Below are positions 49,527-59,965 of a stretch of 64,000 nucleotides of DNA, one piece after another. The notes beneath the pieces are model-generated. The model was not told the origin of the DNA, made no database searches, and saw only the letters and a list, made by a program, of their open reading frames with translations. The translations under genes were made by a program, and so were the position numbers. The stretch is taken from positions 95,565-159,564 of the forward strand of contig JAENZQ010000001.1 in assembly GCA_016841185.1 (NCBI GenBank), in the 5' to 3' direction. The stretch's first letter is position 1, and every line of letters begins with the position of its first letter. The stretch comes from Anaerovorax odorimutans (GTDB lineage Bacteria; Bacillota; Clostridia; Peptostreptococcales; JAAYPU01).

Positions 49527-50729
49527 TTGGAAGGAATGGCCAAAGTAGAAGTAAAAAAATTATATAAGATCTACGGGCATCATCCGAAAAAAGTATTTAC
49601 CCTTGTTGAAAAAGGCATGTCTAAAGAAGAACTATTAAAAAAGACCGGCCATGGAATCGGTGTCAATAATACCAGTTTCCAGGTTGAAGAAGGAGAAATA
49701 TTTGTAGTAATGGGTTTATCCGGAAGCGGAAAATCTACGTTGATAAGATGTCTTAACAGATTGATTGAGCCCACAGCCGGTGAAGTAATAATTGATGGAC
49801 AGAATATTGTGGGTTGTAATAATGAAACCTTACTTGAAATACGGAGAAAAAAAGTTGCTATGGTATTTCAGCATTTTGCACTGTTCCCCCATCGAACAGT
49901 CTGGGAAAATGTTGCTTACGGGCTGGAAGTGCAGGATGTAGAATTAGAGCAACGCAGAAAAAAAGCATATTCTGCGTTGGAAGCAGTCGGCCTCGAAGGT
50001 TACGAAGAATCAATGCCTTCACAGCTCAGCGGAGGGATGCAGCAAAGAGTCGGCCTGGCAAGAGCTTTAGCCACCGAAGCAGATATTCTGCTTATGGACG
50101 AAGCGTTCAGTGCATTGGATCCGCTTATTCGGAAGGAAATGCAGGATGAACTTTTAGCATTGCAGTCGCGAATGAAAAAAACAATCGTTTTTATTACGCA
50201 TGATTTGGATGAAGCACTGAAAATAGGTGACCGTATCGCCATTATGAAGGACGGCATCGTTGTTCAAATCGGCACTCCGGAAGAAATACTGAATAACCCA
50301 GCCGATGATTATGTTAAAGAATTCTTACAGGATGTTAATCGGGTAAAAGTTGTTACTGCTTCAACAATTATGAAAAAACCGGATGCCATTGTATCTTCAA
50401 AAGACGGCGCAAGAGTAGCCGTAAGAAAAATGAAAGAATCAGGAATCTCCAGTATCTTTGTTGTGGATAAAGAGAGGCATATCCAGGGAATCATAACCAT
50501 TGATGATGCATTAAGTTTATTAAAGGAAGGCATCAATAATATTGAAGGTATTATTAATAAAGATATTCACACAACTTCTCCGGATACACCAATTGTAGAC
50601 TTACTGCCTACTGCAATCAATACCAAATATCCTATTGTGGTAACGGATGAAGATAATAAAATGATAGGAATCATTGTCAGAGTATCTGTACTAACAGGAA
50701 TAATGGGGGAGGAGAATTCAGATGTATAG
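49527..50729 (+). CDS. opuAA: Glycine betaine ABC transporter ATPase with tandem CBS domains
   Basis: GLSGSGKS, LSGGMQQR, DEAFSALD, C-terminal CBS pair; start is TTG 49527 or ATG 49536. Confidence 0.93.
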   Translation: MEGMAKVEVKKLYKIYGHHPKKVFTLVEKGMSKEELLKKTGHGIGVNNTSFQVEEGEIFVVMGLSGSGKSTLIRCLNRLIEPTAGEVIIDGQNIVGCNNETLLEIRRKKVAMVFQHFALFPHRTVWENVAYGLEVQDVELEQRRKKAYSALEAVGLEGYEESMPSQLSGGMQQRVGLARALATEADILLMDEAFSALDPLIRKEMQDELLALQSRMKKTIVFITHDLDEALKIGDRIAIMKDGIVVQIGTPEEILNNPADDYVKEFLQDVNRVKVVTASTIMKKPDAIVSSKDGARVAVRKMKESGISSIFVVDKERHIQGIITIDDALSLLKEGINNIEGIINKDIHTTSPDTPIVDLLPTAINTKYPIVVTDEDNKMIGIIVRVSVLTGIMGEENSDV

Positions 50730-51558
50730 AATTCCAATAGGAGACTATTTTGACGCATTAATAGAATGGTTGACGGATAATCTGGAACCCTTCTTTAATG
50801 GAATCAAAACCGTTATTGTAACTATAATTGACGGATTTGAAATGCTGCTTATTGCCGTACCTGCTTATGTCATCATTGCTATTATTGCTCTTATCGCTTG
50901 GAAAGTAGCCGGCAGAAAAATAGCCATTTTTACTGCTATAGGATTATTGTTGATTCACAATATTCAACTATGGGAAGAGACAATGGAAACCCTATCTTTA
51001 GTATTCACTGCAACAGTGATTGCCTTGGTCATAGGAATCCCATTGGGGATATGGATGGCAAGAAATAATACCGTTGAACGAACGGTTAAGCCTGTATTGG
51101 ATTTTATGCAGACAATGCCTGCCTTTGTCTATCTTATCCCTGCCGTTATATTTTTCGGCTTAGGAAAAGTGCCAGGTGCTGTAGCGACCATTATTTTCGC
51201 TATGCCGCCTGTCGTCAGATTGACTAACCTGGGCATTCGCCAGGTACCGGAAGACGTAGTGGAGGCTGCAAAATCCTTTGGCTCTACGGATAAACAATTA
51301 CTGATGAAAGTCCAGCTGCCGTTGGCCACGCCTACGATCCTGGCCGGTGTCAACCAGACTATTATGCTTGCATTATCCATGGTAGTTATCTCTGCTATGA
51401 TCGGAGCCAGAGGCCTGGGAGAGGAAGTTTTGAAAGGCGTTACCCAAATGGAAATAGGAAAAGGGTTCGAAGGCGGTATCGCAGTAGTGATTCTGGCGAT
51501 GGTCCTGGACCGGGTAACTCAAGCTTTGGGCAGTTCAAAGAAAGCTCGTACAGGTTGA
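50722..51558 (+). CDS. opuAB: Glycine betaine ABC transporter permease
   Basis: LDFMQTMPAFVYLIP, EAAKSFG, GVNQTIM. Confidence 0.93.
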   Translation: MYRIPIGDYFDALIEWLTDNLEPFFNGIKTVIVTIIDGFEMLLIAVPAYVIIAIIALIAWKVAGRKIAIFTAIGLLLIHNIQLWEETMETLSLVFTATVIALVIGIPLGIWMARNNTVERTVKPVLDFMQTMPAFVYLIPAVIFFGLGKVPGAVATIIFAMPPVVRLTNLGIRQVPEDVVEAAKSFGSTDKQLLMKVQLPLATPTILAGVNQTIMLALSMVVISAMIGARGLGEEVLKGVTQMEIGKGFEGGIAVVILAMVLDRVTQALGSSKKARTG

Positions 51559-51606
51559 GACCTGAGCTTATATATATATTTCATATAGAAAGAGAGGAGA
51601 GAAAAT

Positions 51607-52518
51607 ATGAAAAAGTATTTATTAAAGTCACTGATTTTAATTATGGTAGTGTTATTGGGTGCCGCACTTTTTGCAGGATGTGCTCCGCAAGATCAAGGAG
51701 AGCAAGATCAGGGAGGAGAAGAAGAGCCTGCTGAAGTTAAGGGAACAATTAAATTAGCTTATGTCAATTGGGCAGAAGGTGTTGCAATGACAAATCTTGC
51801 CCAGGCAATACTGGAAGACAAAATGGGATATGAAGTTGAAACAACAATGGCTGATGTAGCCCCTATCTTTACTTCACTGGCCAGCGGCGACTATGATGCA
51901 TTTTTAGATGCCTGGCTTCCGGTCACCCATGAAAGCTACATGGAAGAGTATGGAGAAGACCTGAATGATTTAGGGTACAATTTTGAAGGAGCCCGTATTG
52001 GTCTGGTAGTTCCTACATACATGGATATTAACAGTATTGAGGAATTAAACAGCATAAAAGATGATTTAGAAGGTCAAATTATTGGTATTGATTCCGGTGC
52101 CGGAATCATGAAAGCCACAGCAGATGCAATCGAAAAATATGGTTTAGAGCTTGAACTGATTCCCGGAAGCGGACCAACTATGACAGCAGCTTTAAAAAAA
52201 GCCATTGATAATAATGATCCTGTTGTCGTTACCGGATGGGCGCCACACTGGAAATTTGCCCGTTGGGATCTGAAATTCCTTGAAGACCCTCAAGGCGTTT
52301 ATGGAGATGTGGAAAATATCCATACCGTTACCCGTAAAGGTTTAGGCGAAGATATGCCTGACGTCGAACAGTTCTTAACCAACTTTTATATGGATGGACA
52401 ACAACTGGGAGATTTAATGGGTGCTATCGCTGACAGCGAAGAAGATCCCATCGTAGTTGCCAGAGAGTGGATGAATGCTCATGAAGATTTGGTAAACAGC
52501 TGGTTACCGCAAGAATAA
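51607..52518 (+). CDS. opuAC: Glycine betaine-binding lipoprotein
   Basis: FAGC lipobox; NWAEG, AWLP.TH and GWAPHW Trp-prism residues. Confidence 0.92.
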   Translation: MKKYLLKSLILIMVVLLGAALFAGCAPQDQGEQDQGGEEEPAEVKGTIKLAYVNWAEGVAMTNLAQAILEDKMGYEVETTMADVAPIFTSLASGDYDAFLDAWLPVTHESYMEEYGEDLNDLGYNFEGARIGLVVPTYMDINSIEELNSIKDDLEGQIIGIDSGAGIMKATADAIEKYGLELELIPGSGPTMTAALKKAIDNNDPVVVTGWAPHWKFARWDLKFLEDPQGVYGDVENIHTVTRKGLGEDMPDVEQFLTNFYMDGQQLGDLMGAIADSEEDPIVVAREWMNAHEDLVNSWLPQE

Positions 52519-52532
52519 GAAAGATTTCAAAG

Positions 52533-52555
52533 AAGAGGGCGTCAGCCCTCTTTTT
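52533..52555 (+). terminator. opuA terminator
   Basis: AAGAGGGC-GTCA-GCCCTCTT followed by TTT. Confidence 0.8.
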
Positions 52556-52556
52556 A

Positions 52557-52712
52557 GGCTCTATGTCAAATGTTGGGATAGAGTACTTGCAAAACAAAGC
52601 CAAATGGGGCTGGCGAGAGTCAGCCTCTATATAATCATTGTGGAGCATAACAAAACCTCCTTTTAAATATGGTATAGCAACTTTATTTAACAAGAGACTT
52701 TGTCTATAGCTC
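52557..52712 (-). mobile_element. Internally deleted ISL3-like remnant (MITE-like)
   Basis: End GGCTCTATGTCAAATGTTGGG resembles ISL3 termini; imperfect partner end GAGCTATAGACAAAGT; internal AAGGAGG plus MLHNDYI start fragment. Confidence 0.5.
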
Positions 52713-52723
52713 TATTTTTTATT

Positions 52724-52763
52724 AAAAAAAATGTTGAAGTGTTTTATCACACCTTCAACATTT
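52724..52763 (-). terminator. Terminator after asparaginase gene
   Basis: AAATGTTGAAG/CTTCAACATTT stem with a T-run on the minus strand. Confidence 0.7.
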
Positions 52764-52830
52764 AATAGAATCTATATTATGGACAATTAAACAAACTTAA
52801 ATCTCTAATCCATAATCCATACTCCATAAT

Positions 52831-53874
52831 CTATACTCCGTAAACCCCTCTTGTATAAAGCGGCTTCGTCAACTCTCCTCGAAGGTTTTCTTCCACCAAC
52901 CTTTTTATGTCCTCCAGTTCATAGTTTTTACTGAACAGATAATACAATTTGGCAAGGGCTGCTTCCGTAGTCATATCGTAACCACTTACGGCGCCCGCCT
53001 CAACAAGGATTCTGCTGGTTTCATAGACCCCTATATGTGCATCTCCCTCAAGACACTGGGTACATACAATAATCACCACACCCCTGTCAGCTGCTTCTCT
53101 AAATACTTTTTCCAGGTTTTCATCTCGTGTAGGGATATTCCCTACACCAAAGGCCTCTATTATGATGCCCTTTAGCGGCGGCTTCAGTATATTCTTTAGT
53201 ACATCCGTTTGCATTCCCGGAAAGATTTTTACAATGGCAATGGGAAAATTCCCGAATTCCAACACATTAAGCTTCTTTAGTGAAGGATGTATAATCATGT
53301 TATAGTTGACCTCAATGTTGACGCCTGCACGGGCAAGAAGAGGGAAATTAGGCGATTGAAAAGCATCCAGGGTATCGGAACTGGTTTTAATAGAGCGGCA
53401 GCCTCTGAACAACTTCCCGTTAAAGTACAAGGAAACCTCCGGAATATCATAACCTGCCGCTATTTGAAGAGCGGTAATGATATTTTCTCTTGCATCATTT
53501 CTCACTTCCCATAATGGAATCTGTGAACCTGTTACAACTACCGGTTTTCCCAGCCCTTCAAGCATAAAGGATAAGGCCGATGCGGTATAGGCCATGGTAT
53601 CGGTACCATGAAGAACAACAAAGCCATCATATAGGTGATAATTTTTCTCAATATCCTTAGCAACTTTTATCCATTCCTGTTGAGAAATATTGGATGAATC
53701 CAAAAGCGGGTCATATTCGTTAATAATATACTCAGGCATATTATCTGCATTTAATTCAGAGACGGCCTCCAGCTCTCTGTACATATATCCTTTATAAGGT
53801 GCATACCCTTTTGGCGTCCTCACCATACCGATGGTTCCGCCTGTATAAATGATATAAACTTTTTTCTTCTTCAT
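52831..53874 (-). CDS. ansA: Type I (cytoplasmic) L-asparaginase
   Basis: YTGGTIGM, DSS, HGTDTM, TGSQIP, DMTTEAA. Confidence 0.93.
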   Translation of the reverse strand: MKKKKVYIIYTGGTIGMVRTPKGYAPYKGYMYRELEAVSELNADNMPEYIINEYDPLLDSSNISQQEWIKVAKDIEKNYHLYDGFVVLHGTDTMAYTASALSFMLEGLGKPVVVTGSQIPLWEVRNDARENIITALQIAAGYDIPEVSLYFNGKLFRGCRSIKTSSDTLDAFQSPNFPLLARAGVNIEVNYNMIIHPSLKKLNVLEFGNFPIAIVKIFPGMQTDVLKNILKPPLKGIIIEAFGVGNIPTRDENLEKVFREAADRGVVIIVCTQCLEGDAHIGVYETSRILVEAGAVSGYDMTTEAALAKLYYLFSKNYELEDIKRLVEENLRGELTKPLYTRGVYGV

Positions 53875-54033
53875 AATTGTTCTCCTGAACTTATCCTTCT
53901 TACTTCATTCATTATACAACATTTAGTATTCGCAAGCTTCATAAAATCATTTATATTAGAAAAGATTTTGCCAAACGCAAAATCTTTCCTCAAGTTCTAT
54001 CATTTATCTATATTTGTTATTTAAAATATCTTT

Positions 54034-55101
54034 TTATACTTCAACCGTCCATCCGAAGGTATCGGTGATTTTTCCTGTCTGAATGCCGGTAATTGTATCA
54101 TAAAGCTTCTGAGAAATATCACCAATCTTATTTTTATTAATCGTAATAATCCGGTCTTTCCAGCAGAGTTCACCAACCGGTGAAATAACTGCAGCCGTGC
54201 CGGTTGCAAATACTTCTTCAAGATTGCCTTTCTCGTGGGCTTCATACACTTCCTGAATCGTAATCCTCTTCTCAATAATCTTAATGCCCCATTCTTTAAG
54301 GAGTTGTATGACCGCATCCCTCGTGATCCCCGGCAAAATAGAACCTGTAAGGGGTGACGTTATGATTTCTCCATCTATTTTAAAGAAAGCATTGGACGTA
54401 CCAATTTCTTCAACATATTTTCTTTCTACTCCGTCCAGCCATAATACCTGAGTATAGCCTTTCTCATTTGCCTTAACCTGAGCCTTCAGGCTTGCAGCAT
54501 AATTTCCACCGACTTTTGCAAAACCGGTTCCACCTGAAACAGCTCTGACATACTCATCTTCCACAAAAATTTTCGTCGGGCTGAGTCCTCCTTTATAATA
54601 GGCCCCTACCGGTGAAAGAATAATATAGAACTTATAGGTCTTTGAAGGCCGTACTCCCAAATATGGATCAGTTGCAATCATAAAAGGCCTTATATACAAG
54701 GAAGTTCCCTGAGCCTCCGGTATCCAATCCTTATCTACCTCCACGATTTTCTTTATAGCCTCCACCATTAATTCGGGATCCATCTGAGGCATGCACATCC
54801 TCTCATTGGTAGCATTTGTCCTTTCTGCATTCTTTTCAGGTCTAAATAATAATATTCTGCCGTCTTCTGCTTTATAAGCTTTTAATCCTTCAAACATCTC
54901 CTGCCCGTAATGCAATACCATCGAGGAAGGTTCCAAATGTATGGGTCCGTAAGGAATTATTTTTCCGTCGTACCATCCCTTACCCTCATCATAGGACATT
55001 TCAAACATATGGTCGGTAAATATTGTCCCGAATGAAAGATGATCCTGGTCCGGTTTTTCTTTCGGGCTTGTTGTTTTGTATACAGGAAAATGATATTCCA
55101 A
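54034..55101 (-). CDS. ilvE: Branched-chain amino acid aminotransferase
   Basis: FTDHM, LHYGQEMFEGLKA, KVGGNY, ILPGITR, GTAAVISP. Confidence 0.95.
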   Translation of the reverse strand: MEYHFPVYKTTSPKEKPDQDHLSFGTIFTDHMFEMSYDEGKGWYDGKIIPYGPIHLEPSSMVLHYGQEMFEGLKAYKAEDGRILLFRPEKNAERTNATNERMCMPQMDPELMVEAIKKIVEVDKDWIPEAQGTSLYIRPFMIATDPYLGVRPSKTYKFYIILSPVGAYYKGGLSPTKIFVEDEYVRAVSGGTGFAKVGGNYAASLKAQVKANEKGYTQVLWLDGVERKYVEEIGTSNAFFKIDGEIITSPLTGSILPGITRDAVIQLLKEWGIKIIEKRITIQEVYEAHEKGNLEEVFATGTAAVISPVGELCWKDRIITINKNKIGDISQKLYDTITGIQTGKITDTFGWTVEV

Positions 55102-55187
55102 TACAAATCCCTCCTTTCACATATATTTCCTTATTATTTTAATTATAACGATTTTCTATTATTAGTAAAGAACCAATATGGAATTTC

Positions 55188-55730
55188 TCAATTTAAAAGA
55201 AGCGTCTCTCCCTTTTTCAGGGCTTCAATGTTAACCGGAATCAGTTTAGCTTTATCTCCATGAAATATCTTCTCCAGCACTTTTTCAACCGTATTATGGC
55301 TCACAACGCCTGTTTCTTTTATTATAGCTCCAAGCATCACCATATTTGCAATTTTGCTGTTGTACAGTCCCATGGCAATATCATTGGCGGATACATAATA
55401 ATCTTTGATGTCCTTTCTTTCCGGTTTCACATCTATCAGAGAGTTGTTTATAAACAGCTTTCCGTCTTCCTCAAGAAATCCCTGGAATTTGCTTAAAGAA
55501 GGCAAATTCATTGCCACTACTGTTGTTGCTTTAGTCACAATAGGAGAACTTATAGGTTTATCCGATACAATAACATGACAATTAGCAGTTCCGCCGCGCA
55601 TTTCCGGTCCGTATGAAGGAAGCCATGTGACTTCTTTTCCTTCCAGCATACCGGCATACGCCAGTATCATCCCCATCAGCATGACCCCTTGCCCACCGAA
55701 TCCTGAAATAATGAATCTTTGCTCAGCCAT
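55188..55730 (-). CDS. 2-oxoacid:ferredoxin oxidoreductase gamma subunit
   Basis: SGFGGQG, PSYGPEMRGGTANC, NMVMLG. Confidence 0.92.
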   Translation of the reverse strand: MAEQRFIISGFGGQGVMLMGMILAYAGMLEGKEVTWLPSYGPEMRGGTANCHVIVSDKPISSPIVTKATTVVAMNLPSLSKFQGFLEEDGKLFINNSLIDVKPERKDIKDYYVSANDIAMGLYNSKIANMVMLGAIIKETGVVSHNTVEKVLEKIFHGDKAKLIPVNIEALKKGETLLLN

Positions 55731-56487
55731 TTATTACACTCCCTTCCGACGATTTATAAATTCCTAATTTATAATATGGCATCATATTTTCTTCTAACCA
55801 TTTCAAAGCATCTTCAGGTGTCATTCCCCAGTTGGTAGGGCAGGTTGACAACACTTCTACCATTGTGAAGCCTTTTCCTTCTCTTTGGATTTCAAATGCC
55901 TTCTTTATCGCTTTTTTAGCTTTCCTGATATTAGCAGGTGTATTAACAGCAACTCTTTCAATATAGGCAGCTCCCGGAATCGTTGCAATCATTTCAGACA
56001 TCATAATAGGTTTTCCGGCATGATTTTCGTCTCTACCATAAGGTGCTGTTGTCGCCTTCTGACCTATTAAAGTCGTAGGTGCCATTTGTCCGCCTGTCAT
56101 CCCATAGATAGCATTATTTACAAAAATAGCTGTTATTTTTTCACCTCTGTGTGCTGCCTGAACGATTTCGCCGGTTCCGATGGCTGCCAGATCACCATCT
56201 CCCTGATATGTGAAAACCAAACAGTCAGGATGAACCCGCTTAATACCCGTCGCAACGGCCGGCGCTCTACCATGGGCGGCTTCATAACTATCACAGTTAA
56301 AATATTCATAGGCAAATACCGCACAACCCACAGGAGCAATTCCAACAGCCTTTCCCAATAATCCAAGTTCCTCGATGGCTTCCATTGTGATCCTGTGAAT
56401 AATACCATGGGTACAACCCGGGCAATAATGAAATGTCTTATCTGTTAAACCCTTTGTCTTTTCAAATACGATATTCACTTTTTTCAC
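55723..56487 (-). CDS. 2-oxoacid:ferredoxin oxidoreductase beta (TPP-binding) subunit
   Basis: YCPGC, GDGD...NN, YGMTGGQ, CPTNW. Confidence 0.92.
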   Translation of the reverse strand: MKKVNIVFEKTKGLTDKTFHYCPGCTHGIIHRITMEAIEELGLLGKAVGIAPVGCAVFAYEYFNCDSYEAAHGRAPAVATGIKRVHPDCLVFTYQGDGDLAAIGTGEIVQAAHRGEKITAIFVNNAIYGMTGGQMAPTTLIGQKATTAPYGRDENHAGKPIMMSEMIATIPGAAYIERVAVNTPANIRKAKKAIKKAFEIQREGKGFTMVEVLSTCPTNWGMTPEDALKWLEENMMPYYKLGIYKSSEGSVING

Positions 56488-57539
56488 TCCCTTATAATAC
56501 TTTTTATCCTCTCGGATATTACTTCAGCAGCAGGTATGCTCCCTCCAGGACTTCCCATGAAATGAATTGGGAAACGCCCATTATTTGCAATCCTTACATC
56601 ATCAATCATTTGCCCGGTACTCATTTCCACGGTCAAGATTCCTTTTACCTTCTCCGATATTTCGTCAAAAGCCTTATATGGAAATGGCCACAAAGTCTTT
56701 GGGCGAATCAATCCGATATTTATTCCTTCTTTTCTCAAATCCATGACAGCGCTTCTGACCACCCGAGAAGTCGTTCCGTAAGCCACTACAACAAGCTCCG
56801 CATCCTGTAATTGGTACGTTTCATATTGAACTTCATTCTTTTCAATGGCTTTGTGCTTTGAATCAAGCCGCCAATTGTGTTTTTCCAATTCTTCATGTAC
56901 GATATACAAGGAATTGATACTATTCGGTGCTCTCTTTTCTTCTGTCCCTGTTACTGCCCAGTTCTTCGGACTCAGAGGGCGGCCTTTTCTTTCACTAAAT
57001 TCCACAGGTTCCATCATTTGCCCGATCATGCCATCTGCTGAAATAATGACAGGAATTCGATACTGATCCGCTACATCAAAGGCATCCCCGGTCATATCAA
57101 CAACCTCCTGTAGATTTGCCGGTGCATAGACAATTGTACGATAATCACCATTTCCGCCTCCCCGTGTATTTTGAAAATAGTCGGACTGGGAAGGTTGTAT
57201 ACCGCCTAAGCCGGGTCCGCCTCTTGATACATTAACGATGACGCATGGTAATTCACAAGCCGCTATATATGAAATACCTTCCTGTTTCAAAGCGATTCCC
57301 GGTGATGATGAAGAAGTCATTACTCTGGCTCCTGCGCCTGCAGCACCATATACCATATTTATCGCTGCAATTTCACTTTCTGCCTGTAAAAAACATCCGC
57401 CTACCTTGGGAAGTTCACGAGACATATATTCAGGTATTTCATTTTGCGGAGTTATAGGATACCCAAAAAAATACCTGCAGCCGGCTTTTATAGCAGCCGC
57501 ACCAAAAGCTTCATTTCCTTTCATTAATATCTTTGTCAA
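56484..57539 (-). CDS. vorB: 2-ketoisovalerate:ferredoxin oxidoreductase alpha subunit (VorB-type)
   Basis: MKGNEA, GYPITPQ, QAESE, SSSPGIALKQE, RGGPGLG. Confidence 0.88.
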   Translation of the reverse strand: MTKILMKGNEAFGAAAIKAGCRYFFGYPITPQNEIPEYMSRELPKVGGCFLQAESEIAAINMVYGAAGAGARVMTSSSSPGIALKQEGISYIAACELPCVIVNVSRGGPGLGGIQPSQSDYFQNTRGGGNGDYRTIVYAPANLQEVVDMTGDAFDVADQYRIPVIISADGMIGQMMEPVEFSERKGRPLSPKNWAVTGTEEKRAPNSINSLYIVHEELEKHNWRLDSKHKAIEKNEVQYETYQLQDAELVVVAYGTTSRVVRSAVMDLRKEGINIGLIRPKTLWPFPYKAFDEISEKVKGILTVEMSTGQMIDDVRIANNGRFPIHFMGSPGGSIPAAEVISERIKSIIRE

Positions 57540-57651
57540 AACAAATCACTCCCTTATTTAATGGTTTTTATGGATTATGGATGATAGTTTATGGATTATA
57601 GATTGTGGTCCTTAGTAGTGCAGAGCAGCTTCATTTTTCATTATTAATTGT

Positions 57652-57873
57652 TCATTTGTCAATCCGATAAACTGTTATAACCACGTCCGGGCATATAATA
57701 GCACAGTTCGCACACCCGGTACATTTCTCCAGATCCGTTACATGAGCAGGATGATATCCTTTTGAATTGATTCTTTTTTCATCCATTTCAATTAACTTGA
57801 AAGGACATGCTGTTACGCACAACCCACATCCTTTGCATTGATTTTCATCAAAGACAACTTTTCCTTTTGCCAT
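57652..57873 (-). CDS. 2x[4Fe-4S] ferredoxin-like delta subunit
   Basis: CKGCGLCVTACP and CTGCANCAIICP. Confidence 0.93.
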   Translation of the reverse strand: MAKGKVVFDENQCKGCGLCVTACPFKLIEMDEKRINSKGYHPAHVTDLEKCTGCANCAIICPDVVITVYRIDK

Positions 57874-57920
57874 TTTTAAACCTCCCTTTTTTCAATTGAG
57901 ATTTGAGAATTGAAAATTGT

Positions 57921-58988
57921 TTACACGTATTCCTTCACCTTCTCTTCGCCTCTCAAAACTCTCAACCCACCTTCTGCCAAAGCTTTCATTTCCTCTTCTC
58001 CGGGTTTTACTATAATCTTTGAAAGAAACTGCGTCCTTTTTATAATCCATTGAATAAACCGCTCATCATATGCAAGTCCTCCTGTTAAAATAATGGCATC
58101 CATATTACCTTCAAGAACCGTTGCACAACTGCCAATTTCTTTTGCCACATTATAGGCCATGGATTCATATATTAAAGCCGCATATTCATTGCCTGAATTT
58201 ATCATTTTGTTGACCTCCCGGCCGTCATTTGTCCCCAGATAAGCTCTCAAACCTGCTTTCCCTGCCAGTTTGCTTTTGACCTCCTCAATACTCATTCCGC
58301 CGTAAAAACACATCTTTATTAACTCACCGGTGGGAACAGTGCCTGCCCGTTCCGGTGAAAATGGCCCATCTCCTAAAAGACCGTTATTGACATCGATAAC
58401 TTTTCCTTTCCTATGGGCCCCGACCGTAATCCCTCCTCCCAGATGGGCAACAATAAGGTTCACCTCTTCGTATGATTTTCCCATTTCTTTCGCCACGACC
58501 CTTGCAACTGCCTTTTGGTTCAACGCATGAAAAAGGCTCTTCCGGTTAATCTCAAGTACACCTGTAAACCGCGCAATCTCCTGCAATTCATCAACGACAA
58601 CAGGGTCTACAATATAAGCCTTTATACCTGTTTCTTCTGCAATCCTGCTGGCGATCAAACCGCCCAGATTGGATGCATGCTGTCCCTGGACACCTATTTT
58701 TAAATCTTTAACCATTTTTTCATTTACGGCATACGTACCGCTTTCAAGAGGCCTCAAAAGCCCTCCTCTGGAAATAATGGCTGAAAAATCCTTTATATTG
58801 AAATCATTTTTGACCAATGTTTCTTCAATTACTTTTTTTCTGAATTCATACTGATCTCCAATACTTTCAAACCGGGCAGTTTCCTGGGAAGGATGTCTCA
58901 AAACTTCAAGAAATATTTCATTATCATTTTCAAAGACAGCAATCTTAGTTGAAGTTGACCCCGGGTTAATGATAAGCAATCTGTACAT
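57921..58988 (-). CDS. buk: Butyrate/branched-chain fatty acid kinase
   Basis: INPGSTSTK, RGG, HASNLG, HALNQK, HLGGG, GPFSPER. Confidence 0.95.
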   Translation of the reverse strand: MYRLLIINPGSTSTKIAVFENDNEIFLEVLRHPSQETARFESIGDQYEFRKKVIEETLVKNDFNIKDFSAIISRGGLLRPLESGTYAVNEKMVKDLKIGVQGQHASNLGGLIASRIAEETGIKAYIVDPVVVDELQEIARFTGVLEINRKSLFHALNQKAVARVVAKEMGKSYEEVNLIVAHLGGGITVGAHRKGKVIDVNNGLLGDGPFSPERAGTVPTGELIKMCFYGGMSIEEVKSKLAGKAGLRAYLGTNDGREVNKMINSGNEYAALIYESMAYNVAKEIGSCATVLEGNMDAIILTGGLAYDERFIQWIIKRTQFLSKIIVKPGEEEMKALAEGGLRVLRGEEKVKEYV

Positions 58989-58999
58989 AATAAATCCTC

Positions 59000-59908
59000 C
59001 TATTCTGTAATGTTGGGTATCAATGTCGCTAAGGCAATAGAATTCAGTTTTGTGTCCGCAGTATCGGCTCTTGATGTCAGAACGATCGGTGCTTTTGCAC
59101 CCATAATCACACCGGCACTTTTATAATTCGCAAAATATACCAATGCCTTATAAAATACATTCCCTGTCTCTATGTTTGGAACAATGACAATATCCGCATT
59201 TCCTGCAACGGGATGTTCAATACCTTTATGTTTTGCAGCTTCTGCCGATATTGCATTGTCTAATCCAAAAGGACCTCCTACAATACAATTAGCAATTTCT
59301 CCTTTTTCATTCATTTTCATGAGTTCATGAGCATCCATAGTACAGGGCATTTTAGAATCAACTTTCTCCTTCGCGCATACAAGTGCCACCTTCGGACTTT
59401 TTATCCCAACAGCTCTTGCAACTGACACTGCATTCATAATAATATCCTTTTTTGCATAAAGATCCGGTGCAATGTTCATCCCTCCGTCCGACATAAAAAT
59501 CAAGCGTTTTATCTGAAATGCTTCTGATACTGCTACATGGCTCAAAATACGATTTGACCTTAACCCCGTTTGTGAATCCAATACCGCTTTCAACAATATC
59601 GAAGTATCAACCAAACCCTTCATCAGCACCTGAGCGCTTCCTTCGGACACTGCCATAACCGCTTTTCTGCAGGCAGAAACCGGATCTTTTTCATCAATTA
59701 ATTCATAATTCTTTAAATCGATTTCTAAATCATAAGCCATTTTTTTAATAAGTCGGGCTTCTCCTGTCAAAACAGCTTCGACTATTCCTCTTTTTTTTGC
59801 GGCTTCCACTGCAAGAAGCACCTCTTTATCCTGAGCAACTGCCACAGAAATTTTTACCTTTTTTTGCTTTACTGCCTTTTCAATAATTTGGTTGAAATTT
59901 TCTAACAT
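59000..59908 (-). CDS. ptb: Phosphate butyryltransferase
   Basis: LMKG, SH, NIAPDL, GPFGLDNA, GNV.YK, LTSRAD. Confidence 0.93.
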   Translation of the reverse strand: MLENFNQIIEKAVKQKKVKISVAVAQDKEVLLAVEAAKKRGIVEAVLTGEARLIKKMAYDLEIDLKNYELIDEKDPVSACRKAVMAVSEGSAQVLMKGLVDTSILLKAVLDSQTGLRSNRILSHVAVSEAFQIKRLIFMSDGGMNIAPDLYAKKDIIMNAVSVARAVGIKSPKVALVCAKEKVDSKMPCTMDAHELMKMNEKGEIANCIVGGPFGLDNAISAEAAKHKGIEHPVAGNADIVIVPNIETGNVFYKALVYFANYKSAGVIMGAKAPIVLTSRADTADTKLNSIALATLIPNITE

Positions 59909-59948
59909 ACAATCACCTTTTCATTTTTTAATTTATACTTTTACTAAA

Positions 59949-59965
59949 AGCAAAGTATATGCCAA
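59949..59965 (-). promoter_or_regulatory. Sigma54 (-24/-12) promoter of the ptb operon
   Basis: Minus strand TTGGCATATACTTTGCT, GG-N10-GC. Confidence 0.85.

Noticed and set aside
52424-52693. 89-aa minus-strand ORF as a real protein
   Set aside because: Crosses the IS-like remnant and the opuA terminator and overlaps opuAC antisense.
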